DNA from: a virus
Lineage: Duplodnaviria; Caudoviricetes
Virus record (IMG/VR): IMGVR_UViG_3300043465_001357
Coordinates: 1-30,225 of that record
DNA: 30,225 bases
Reading direction: 5' to 3' (one strand)
Within the stretch, counting starts at the first letter, position 1. The number at the start of each line of letters is the position of its first letter. The notes beneath the pieces are model-generated. The model had not been told where the DNA came from. It made no database searches and saw only the letters and a list, made by a program, of their open reading frames with translations. Positions 23,480-30,225 of the stretch are shown here, piece after piece. The position numbers and the translations under genes were made by a program.

Positions 23480-24235
23480 TTAGATGCCCATCTCTTTACG
23501 TTTTTGTGTAGCCGAGATCGCTTCAATTTCATCTCCCAACTTTACTTGCTCAATCTTGTATCCCACATCTCTTCCATATACAATGTTAGTAATATTAGGC
23601 ATCTTGATAACCATTGCTTTGTCCATTACTGGATCTTTAGCAATATACTCTTTAACCTGATTAAAATCAAGCGGATCTTTTTCGCTGGTCTTATATGTAT
23701 TTCTAACACCTAGCATTACTTGAGACGTTCTATTTCCCGCCTCTTCATACAGGGCATGATGTCCTTCATGCCATGGCTGGTAGCGACCAAGCATCAATGT
23801 AGTTGGCTGTCTCCAATCGTGCAATTGAAAATCGACACAGGCTATTCTAGCTGCAACATCATATTCTGTCATGTCATCAAACATTAAATCTGGATTTGCT
23901 GGTGTTTCCCACATTGCGGTTGTATCTGGGAAGTCTCTGACTGGTTTTCTGTTCATCCAAACAACTTTGTCTGGGTTTCCAAAAGATGCTCTTGTTTCTG
24001 CTGTTGGGTTAACAAAATCTACAACAACATGATAACCTTGATTTGAAAGTAGCCTTGATAGTGCTCCCATTCTGCGAGCCTGTTCCAGTCTGTCTTCTGG
24101 GCTAAACCCTAGATCTTTATTTAGTTCTGCTCTTACTGCGTCTGCATTTAAATGAACAGCGTTTATTCTATCTGCCAGCTCTTTTGCAAATGTAGTCTTG
24201 CCAGCTCCTGGTAGCCCTATAACTTGTATAATCAT
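23480..24235 (-). CDS. cysC: Adenylylsulfate (APS) kinase-like domain fused to an HxGH nucleotidyltransferase domain
   Basis: P-loop 'GLPGAGKTT', 'LNADAVR', 'DLGFSPEDRLEQARR'; C-terminal 'LGRYQPWHEGH' and 'ISATQKR'. Confidence 0.82.
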   Translation of the reverse strand: MIIQVIGLPGAGKTTFAKELADRINAVHLNADAVRAELNKDLGFSPEDRLEQARRMGALSRLLSNQGYHVVVDFVNPTAETRASFGNPDKVVWMNRKPVRDFPDTTAMWETPANPDLMFDDMTEYDVAARIACVDFQLHDWRQPTTLMLGRYQPWHEGHHALYEEAGNRTSQVMLGVRNTYKTSEKDPLDFNQVKEYIAKDPVMDKAMVIKMPNITNIVYGRDVGYKIEQVKLGDEIEAISATQKRKEMGI

Positions 24236-24254
24236 TTTTATCCTTAATGTTTGG

Positions 24255-24296
24255 TGAGCAGTTTTAACACATGCTCAGGTGTAGGCGATCACCTGA
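24255..24296 (-). other. Structured intergenic element: hairpin versus H-type pseudoknot
   Basis: TCAGGTG/CACCTGA hairpin overlaps ACAC/GTGT plus TGAGCA/TGCTCA pairings. Confidence 0.55.
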
Positions 24297-24713
24297 TTAT
24301 TTAATTTTTAGAATTTTTGGTTGTTTTTCTTTTGGTAGGTTTCGAACAACACGAATATTTAACATGCCATCCTTTAGCTCTACACTAGAAACTTCCATGT
24401 ATTCACTTAGTTCAAAGATTCTTGTGAACTTACGTGCAGCTATTCCCTTATGGACAACTTCTGCATCTGTTACTTCTGTAATTTCACCTGTGACCCATAG
24501 ACTTCCGTCTTCAATTGACACAGTTAGATCTTCTCTTGTGAATCCAGCAACTGCCAGCGTTAGCTGATAGTTATCTTCATCTAGTTTAAGTAAATCATAC
24601 GGCGGAAATGCTGTATTGTTTACCTTACTTAGACTATTAAAACGTTCCAACTCTCGGTTGAAACCAATAAAAAATGGATCCTTGAAAAGATCCATGGCGA
24701 ATTGTGTTACCAT
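24297..24713 (-). CDS. hsp20: Small heat-shock protein (Hsp20/alpha-crystallin)
   Basis: 'FPPYDL', 'LAVAGF', 'HKGIAARKFTRIF', 'LKDGMLNI'; AAGGAG SD. Confidence 0.95.
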   Translation of the reverse strand: MVTQFAMDLFKDPFFIGFNRELERFNSLSKVNNTAFPPYDLLKLDEDNYQLTLAVAGFTREDLTVSIEDGSLWVTGEITEVTDAEVVHKGIAARKFTRIFELSEYMEVSSVELKDGMLNIRVVRNLPKEKQPKILKIK

Positions 24714-24739
24714 TTTGTGCTCCTTTTAAGCGAGTTAAA

Positions 24740-24775
24740 TTAGTACCCCCTATCGGCAGGTACTAACTTATTATA
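24740..24775 (-). promoter_or_regulatory. hsp20 promoter with a CIRCE-like inverted repeat
   Basis: TTAGTACCC-N9-AGGTACTAA at 24740-24766; TGC-TATAAT at 24775-24770. Confidence 0.5.
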
Positions 24776-24800
24776 GCATTTAGATAACTAGAATTGCAAG

Positions 24801-25622
24801 CTATTTTTTATATCCCTTTGCAATAGCAAGGGCTTTAGCGGCATCAATACCAGAAGGATCAATCCAAAATCCTGGAACAAGCCATTTCCATCCGCTCTTA
24901 ACAATATGGGCTGTGTGGTTATATGGATCCTTTGATGGGAATATTAAAACGCTTCCTTGACCTGGCTTTAAAGAAAATGTTATTTTTCCTTCATTAATTG
25001 GATCATCTAAAGCTCCCTGTGCTGCAAATTTATTGTTGCCTTCGGGATTTTCAACAAGGTGATTCCAAGTATTTACTGGTAGCCCGTAGTCTGGGTTACT
25101 TAATACACCATCTTGAATGCAGAAAGATATTTCTCCACCCTCATAGTCGTCATTAATATACAAAAGAAGTGAATATTTTAATCTCGTGTCACCTTCTTGT
25201 GCATCATGGTGAGTTCCCATCCATGTATTTTCTTTATATCTATGAATGTTCATCTGATTTAACAAAATGACTTTGTCTTCAATATTTCTTTTTATTTTAT
25301 AGTCATCGCATACAGACTGAAAGGCATCAAATATTGTATCAAAAATTTCTTTACACAGAACTCTGTCTTCTTCTGGTATATCAACAGTATCTATGTCATG
25401 TATATCATTTAAAAGAACTCTTTTCTTTTTGCCATACCAATATACTGTTCCTCTGTCTGCCTCTACGCCCCAGTCAATCCAATTTGGCACAATTTCTTGA
25501 AGTGCATCTCTTCCCTCTGTCATCTCAATTAAATCCATGAGCTTCTGTGGGTCATCAATTACATTTGGGTAGTAATAGACTCCATCATATAGCTCTTCAT
25601 GTGCCAAGTCTTTTTTTAACAT
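24801..25622 (-). CDS. Fe(II)/2OG-dependent oxygenase, prolyl-4-hydroxylase-like
   Basis: HHD, 'YINDDYEGGEISF', 'KPGQGSVLIFPS', 'HTAHIVKSGWKW'. Confidence 0.92.
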   Translation of the reverse strand: MLKKDLAHEELYDGVYYYPNVIDDPQKLMDLIEMTEGRDALQEIVPNWIDWGVEADRGTVYWYGKKKRVLLNDIHDIDTVDIPEEDRVLCKEIFDTIFDAFQSVCDDYKIKRNIEDKVILLNQMNIHRYKENTWMGTHHDAQEGDTRLKYSLLLYINDDYEGGEISFCIQDGVLSNPDYGLPVNTWNHLVENPEGNNKFAAQGALDDPINEGKITFSLKPGQGSVLIFPSKDPYNHTAHIVKSGWKWLVPGFWIDPSGIDAAKALAIAKGYKK

Positions 25623-25631
25623 TTTTATTCC

Positions 25632-26306
25632 TTATCCATGTCTTTGATTGTATGGGTGCATTATTGTCATTGAATCAACATTTACATTGTCTGGGAGTGA
25701 TATTACCCATCTTACTGCTTCTGCTACATCTTCTGACTTTAGTGCAACTTCTTTGGGATGATCTTTATCTGTATCTATTGTACCAGGTGCTATCTGAGAA
25801 ACCTTAATGCCAGTTCCAGCCATTTCCATCCTCAATGTCTCAGAAAATGCTATCTCTGCTCTTTTTGCTGCGGTGTAGTTTCCTCCACCAGGGTATGGGT
25901 AATACCCACATATTGATGTTATCATAATTATATCACCAATTTTATTTTTTAACATTGATGGCATAACCGCCTGGGACATCTTCATTGGAGCTATAACGTT
26001 TATATTATAGGCGTAGCTCCAGTTATCTGTCATATCATTTTGTATTTTATCGCTTCCACCACCACCACCTGCATTGTTAATAAGTGCACGTATGTCTTTG
26101 TCTGCAATGTACTCTTTAAATTTTTTAATATCTTCAGAATTTACTAGATCCATTTGATAAGGAGTTATATTATCTAATCCTTCAAATGCTATTTCCATTT
26201 TATTTAAATTTCTAGATATTGCAATAACTTCGTACTCTTTAGATAAAGCTTTTGCTATTGCTTCTCCAACACCCTTGCTAGCTCCAGTTACAATTACTGT
26301 TTTCAT
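25632..26306 (-). CDS. Short-chain dehydrogenase/reductase (YdfG-like)
   Basis: 'TGASKGVG', 'LINNAG', catalytic S and 'YTAAK', 'PGTIDT'. Confidence 0.92.
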   Translation of the reverse strand: MKTVIVTGASKGVGEAIAKALSKEYEVIAISRNLNKMEIAFEGLDNITPYQMDLVNSEDIKKFKEYIADKDIRALINNAGGGGGSDKIQNDMTDNWSYAYNINVIAPMKMSQAVMPSMLKNKIGDIIMITSICGYYPYPGGGNYTAAKRAEIAFSETLRMEMAGTGIKVSQIAPGTIDTDKDHPKEVALKSEDVAEAVRWVISLPDNVNVDSMTIMHPYNQRHG

Positions 26307-26710
26307 TTACCCGATTTTTTTCTTGCTTTAGCTAAAACTTCAAAATCTTTGACTTTAGTATCTCCCAGATATACCCATGCATATCCGTCATTAATCATCT
26401 GATCATTTATAGAAACCAATTGATCGTCAATAAATATCCATCCAAGAATTCTTCCATATTTTTCTGAAGAATCCATTTTTTCTGTTTTAATCTTTACGGA
26501 TTTGGCATCTTTTAATTTATACTTTAAGTACTCTTTTGACTCAAGGCCAAGCTTTTTTTCTGCAAGATCTTTTGTTCTTGACTCTGGGGTGTCTATTCCA
26601 GCAAGTCTAACTCTTGATGCAAATAATATATCAAAGCCTAGATCGATGAGAACGTCTATTGTGTCTCCATCAACTATGCCTTCTACTTTTTTAACGTAGT
26701 ACTCGTACAT
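26303..26710 (-). CDS. Thermonuclease (SNase-like)
   Basis: 'VDGDTID', 'RVRLAGIDTPE', 'KYGRILG'. Confidence 0.92.
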   Translation of the reverse strand: MYEYYVKKVEGIVDGDTIDVLIDLGFDILFASRVRLAGIDTPESRTKDLAEKKLGLESKEYLKYKLKDAKSVKIKTEKMDSSEKYGRILGWIFIDDQLVSINDQMINDGYAWVYLGDTKVKDFEVLAKARKKSGK

Positions 26711-27306
26711 TATTTTACTGACGCTGGCTTTCCGCCTCCGCCTTTAGGTGCAGCTTTCTTTGTGGCTGCAGCTTTTTTAGCTACTGGCTTTCCAAATGAT
26801 GGTCTTCCAAATCCTACAATTCCTACAGTTTGGCTTCTGCGAAGCTTTGATCCATTCTTCTTTTTGTAAGCACGATTTTTAAGGCAGCACTCTCCGCCAT
26901 TTCTTTGATCGCCCTTCTTATCTGAAGATGTATTTCCTTCTACAACATCCACTGTGCCATCTGTGTTTACTGCAACAACAATTCCTACATGAGAAATTCT
27001 ATCGACGCCATCTGATGGGAAATCAAAATAGGCAATGTCTCCGACTTCTGGTGTTGCTACTTCTGCCATTTGCCATGCGCCTGCTTTAATAAATGCTTGT
27101 GCTCCTGCTGGAGTATATACTGTATTTGGAATCTTTACGGAAGCTTCATTACCGCACCACATTACGAAGCTTCCGCACCATGGTTGAAAGTTTGATTTTG
27201 TAAACTTACCATACTTTGTTTCATTATCTTTTGGACCCTCAATAGTTCCAACTTCTGCCAATGCTACTTCTACTAGTCTTGCTGCTGTTCCTTGTTCCGC
27301 TGGCAT
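26710..27306 (-). CDS. CHAP/NlpC-P60-type peptidoglycan hydrolase (probable endolysin)
   Basis: 'PWCGSFVMW', 'GDIAYFDF', 'HVGIV', 'VEGNT', 'GFGRP'; start re-called to MPAEQG with AAGGAG SD. Confidence 0.88.
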   Translation of the reverse strand: MPAEQGTAARLVEVALAEVGTIEGPKDNETKYGKFTKSNFQPWCGSFVMWCGNEASVKIPNTVYTPAGAQAFIKAGAWQMAEVATPEVGDIAYFDFPSDGVDRISHVGIVVAVNTDGTVDVVEGNTSSDKKGDQRNGGECCLKNRAYKKKNGSKLRRSQTVGIVGFGRPSFGKPVAKKAAATKKAAPKGGGGKPASVK

Positions 27307-27307
27307 T

Positions 27308-28078
27308 TTATTCTCCTTGTTTATAGGCTGGGTTAAGTATAGATTTCTTACCAGCAATTAGTTCTTCAATTTCTTTGCATACTACTGCATACTCTTCTTC
27401 AAATATTTTTTGTGATCTTCCAAGGCCCATCATAAATACAGTATCTGAATCTAAAAGGGTTTGCTTTAAAGTTTTTTCAACGTCATAGTTTAAAACAGTA
27501 GAATGAAAATGTCTTGTTACATATCCATCTTTGTCTATCATATATTTTTCAAAGTTTCCGCCCATTGTGTCTCCGCCTCGGTTGTTTAGCCACCATGAAT
27601 AATTTTCATCTGATACCAAGGGTACGCCCTGTGATGTTAATGCATGATTGATAAAGCTAATCTGCTCTTGTATTTCTCTATAAAGTTCATGTGGTGGAGC
27701 ATTTTCTTGCCCAAGTCCATTTTTACCATTCTCTTCACTTACATGTTCATTTGGGTTAGATGCAACCATTTGTGAAAATTTAAAGGTTGTTCCGTATACA
27801 TCTTTACCATAGTTGGCTGAATCTGCTCCACAAGTAATTCCTTGAGACCATTTACCTTTAGTTATTCCTGGGCCGCAGAAGTCATTTGTTGGGATAGCAA
27901 TAATTTGGAAATCTTCTCCTGCATATTTTTCTTGTAGCCATTGCAAAACTTCCATCTGGTTTGCATTTCCGCATCCAACTGTAGTGTTGACAATTATGGA
28001 TGCTTTGCCTTTAAATTGATCTAAAAAGTCTGGGGTCTCTTCTGCAGAATTAAGTTTAATGTTATAAATTGATTGCAT
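27308..28078 (-). CDS. Glutathione-peroxidase-like protein (Cys type, divergent)
   Basis: 'KGKASIIVNTTVGCG', 'IAIPTNDF', 'NFEKYMIDKDG'; start re-called to MQSIYNI with AGGAG SD. Confidence 0.85.
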   Translation of the reverse strand: MQSIYNIKLNSAEETPDFLDQFKGKASIIVNTTVGCGNANQMEVLQWLQEKYAGEDFQIIAIPTNDFCGPGITKGKWSQGITCGADSANYGKDVYGTTFKFSQMVASNPNEHVSEENGKNGLGQENAPPHELYREIQEQISFINHALTSQGVPLVSDENYSWWLNNRGGDTMGGNFEKYMIDKDGYVTRHFHSTVLNYDVEKTLKQTLLDSDTVFMMGLGRSQKIFEEEYAVVCKEIEELIAGKKSILNPAYKQGE

Positions 28079-28170
28079 TTTTTCTCCTAACACCTTATAT
28101 TAGTGATAAATTTAATCAAATCACAGGACAGATGTAATTCTATTATACCATTGACATATTCAAAAGACTG

Positions 28171-28243
28171 TGTCCCCAGATGGGCTCGAACCATCGACCC
28201 GCAGATTAAAAGTCTGCTGCTCTACCAACTGAGCTATAGGAAC
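28171..28243 (-). tRNA. tRNA-Lys(TTT)
   Basis: Cloverleaf GTTCCTA...CT-TTT-AA...GGTTCGAGCCC...TGGGGAC-A. Confidence 0.95.
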
Positions 28244-28244
28244 G

Positions 28245-28316
28245 TACCCCTGGCTGGGATCGAACCAGCGACCTACAGATTAGAAGTCTGTTGCTCTTCC
28301 GCTGAGCTACAAAGGT
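28245..28316 (-). tRNA. tRNA-Arg(TCT)
   Basis: Cloverleaf ACCTTTG...CT-TCT-AA...GGTTCGATCCC...CAGGGGT-A. Confidence 0.95.
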
Positions 28317-28317
28317 G

Positions 28318-28391
28318 TGTGCCAGGTAGGACTTGAACCTACGATTACCGAATTATGAGTTCGGGGCTTTAACCAACTAAGCTACTGGCAC
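28318..28391 (-). tRNA. tRNA with CAT anticodon (Ile2 or elongator Met)
   Basis: Cloverleaf GTGCCAG...CT-CAT-AA...CTGGCAC-A; 1-72 paired, so not initiator. Confidence 0.9.
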
Positions 28392-28399
28392 CTAATTAT

Positions 28400-28429
28400 A
28401 TTATAGTGTGCCGTCTTCATTTTTGTCAA
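28400..28429 (-). promoter_or_regulatory. Consensus promoter for the tRNA cluster
   Basis: TTGACA (28429-28424)-N18-TATAAT (28405-28400), inside the 3' end of the upstream CDS. Confidence 0.8.
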
Positions 28430-28649
28430 TAGAATTTTCTACAATCTGCTGTACATATTCAGAAAAATGTTTTCTTATTCCACCCATTGGTCTTTGTCCG
28501 TATGACTCCCAAATTCTTTTATATTCTATTATATTCTGTAGTGTGGTGGGACATACTATTATTCCATCATATATTTTCATTGTAGTTGGTAGCGGAACAT
28601 GCTTTGTGCAACATTTGCACTGCTTTGCTAACTCTTGGTATTCGCTCAT
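28401..28649 (-). CDS. Hypothetical Cys-containing protein
   Basis: ORF track; overlaps the terminase stop. Confidence 0.75.
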   Translation of the reverse strand: MSEYQELAKQCKCCTKHVPLPTTMKIYDGIIVCPTTLQNIIEYKRIWESYGQRPMGGIRKHFSEYVQQIVENSIDKNEDGTL

Positions 28650-30225
28650 ATTATTTGCATCCTGTCCATAGCTTCTCTTAAATCTTCAGGCATTCTTGGT
28701 GGCCTAATCATGTTGTATGAATTTGTTTCACCATCTTCATCTTTTTTAAAGTCATTGTCGTAGCTCATAGACTCATATGTATGAACATTTATCTCTTGAT
28801 TATTATCAAATCTAGTTCTGCTAATTGAATTAAATATAGCTCCACAAGTAGCATCAGCTAAGTCCTTGGAGCCTTTTCGTGGGTGGTCAACCTTATCTCT
28901 CATAATTCTCAGTTGGCATAGCTCATCTATTAATAAAGGTATGTGTGGACCAATTAATCTTTCTTCCGCCACAACCATTGCCATATCGTCATAATGCTTT
29001 TTAGCTACCGACAATATCTCTGTATTAATTCCATATTGCTTTAGCTGCTGCATCATATCATGTGAATTCCATCTATCAAAAGTACAAACAGCTATATTAA
29101 ATCCCCTTGTTTTAAGAGATAATATATAGTCTTTTACTTCTGTAAAGTCAACGGACTTATCTGGCGTAGGGGTCCAGTATCTAACAGCATCTACTTCTAC
29201 TATTGGTGCTGGCTGGGAGTACGTATCAGTAACCTTTACATTGACCCATTTATTTACATGTGCCATTGTTACGGCACAATGGTCATGCTTTTGAGCTAAG
29301 TCTACGTGTATATAATATTTTTTATCTGGGTCTGGGAGGAACCACTCTTCAAGTCTTCCAAAATTATCTACTGCAATTGCACCTATGTTAAATGCTTTTT
29401 CTACTTTTTCTCTTGATTTGAAAAATGCATCAACTGCATCAGGTGGCATACAGGCGAATCTGGATAAAGCATCAGTTGGGTTTGTATAGAATGCTGTTTT
29501 AAAGTCGTCAATTTTTCTAACTGGGTTGATCTCCCAAGTTGGACGCTTAATAGCATAAACTTTAGGTATCTTGTAAGATATAATATGGTCTTCTTCCCAC
29601 TGTATTTCAAATTCATTTCCCTCGGTACCATCTGGAATCTCCTCATACATCTTAAACTTATGTTCCCTTATTACCGTTTCTTTTTCGCCAATTACGGCAT
29701 CATATCTTTGCTGAATATAATCATTCTTAAATCTAGGGAAAGATAGCAAAATTACTTTACCAAAATCTGGAAAGCGAGAATCTACTGAGGCTCTGTACAT
29801 ATCATATACCGCACTACCCGTTTTTGCTTGATCGTGGCCAGTTGTATTTTCAATTGCAAATCCAGAAATCTCATCAAGGATTACAACGATAACGTTATAT
29901 CCTTCCCATGCCTCTCTCTCAGAGTGTCCAGAGTGAACTGTTATTGCCTTATCAAACTGTATCTCAGATGCCTTTGCATAGTATTTACCAACAAACCATG
30001 GAGACTTGTCTATTCGGCTCCTGAAGCCTTTAAAAAATACGTTGCTAGCCTGCTGTGAGTTAATGGCAATGTTAATAATATCAATTGAATCTCCAGGGGG
30101 CTTGCCATAGTAGGTTGCGGGATCTTTGAGGCACAATAGTAAATATACTATATATGCAACTGCAATTGTTGAGCAGTAGTCTTTTCCAGAACCTTTTCCC
30201 AATTGCGCTACAACTTCATTTGCTG
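28646..30225 (-). CDS. terL: Terminase large subunit (5'-truncated by the window edge)
   Basis: Walker A 'GKGSGKD', Walker B 'VVILDE', 'LLSFPR', nuclease 'IHVDLA', 'FDRW', 'DHPRKGSKDLADA'; frame open to the window end. Confidence 0.93.
   Translation of the reverse strand, partial: ANEVVAQLGKGSGKDYCSTIAVAYIVYLLLCLKDPATYYGKPPGDSIDIINIAINSQQASNVFFKGFRSRIDKSPWFVGKYYAKASEIQFDKAITVHSGHSEREAWEGYNVIVVILDEISGFAIENTTGHDQAKTGSAVYDMYRASVDSRFPDFGKVILLSFPRFKNDYIQQRYDAVIGEKETVIREHKFKMYEEIPDGTEGNEFEIQWEEDHIISYKIPKVYAIKRPTWEINPVRKIDDFKTAFYTNPTDALSRFACMPPDAVDAFFKSREKVEKAFNIGAIAVDNFGRLEEWFLPDPDKKYYIHVDLAQKHDHCAVTMAHVNKWVNVKVTDTYSQPAPIVEVDAVRYWTPTPDKSVDFTEVKDYILSLKTRGFNIAVCTFDRWNSHDMMQQLKQYGINTEILSVAKKHYDDMAMVVAEERLIGPHIPLLIDELCQLRIMRDKVDHPRKGSKDLADATCGAIFNSISRTRFDNNQEINVHTYESMSYDNDFKKDEDGETNSYNMIRPPRMPEDLREAMDRMQII

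Noticed and set aside
2609-25622. Halogenase variants among the 2OG oxygenases
   Set aside because: All nine keep HxD or HxE; none has the HxG/HxA of halogenases
27308-28078. Selenocysteine or stop-codon recoding in the Gpx-like gene
   Set aside because: Catalytic codon is TGC, there is no in-frame TGA, and all three stop codons end genes normally in this window
28140-28170. Self-cleaving ribozyme in tRNA trailers
   Set aside because: Trailers are 1 nt or short AT-rich sequences without the nested pairings of HDV-like ribozymes
28103-28336. 77-aa + strand ORF
   Set aside because: Antisense to tRNA-Lys and tRNA-Arg
28646-30225. Intein or intron in the terminase
   Set aside because: Continuous ATPase-nuclease ORF with no intein or homing-endonuclease motifs in the visible part
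1-30225. Window as bacterial chromosome (ahpC/D, trxA, cysC, hsp20, DnaA boxes)
   Set aside because: Terminase, lysin, single-strand packing of tiny unknown ORFs and the lack of housekeeping operons indicate phage; no integrase or att site is seen

Overview
AT-rich segment of a large tailed-phage genome. It holds a terminase large subunit (truncated at the right edge), a CHAP-type lysin, four tRNAs and about 65 tightly packed genes, essentially all on the minus strand. WhiB, an actinobacterial-type AhpC-AhpD pair, an FmdB zinc ribbon and ten leaderless promoters point to an actinobacterial host; a low-GC freshwater lineage is an inference. Four things stand out. (1) A large set of modification enzymes: nine Fe(II)/2-oxoglutarate oxygenases from three subfamilies, a sulfotransferase, a SAM methyltransferase, an SDR, and an APS kinase fused to an HxGH nucleotidyltransferase that could be a minimal PAPS synthase. 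(2) A redox/stress set: AhpC/AhpD, thioredoxin, a Gpx-like protein and Hsp20. (3) Secreted surface-type proteins: an S-layer-like protein, a PA14/FN3 protein with a helical stalk, and a subtilase. (4) A non-coding left end with perfect DnaA boxes and phased repeats, plus several structured cis-elements: a duplicated ~65-bp promoter module, a hairpin/pseudoknot pair before the APS kinase gene, and a CIRCE-like element at hsp20. Many ORFs under 60 aa that the ORF track misses were translated by hand. All family calls come from motif recognition; no database search was run.
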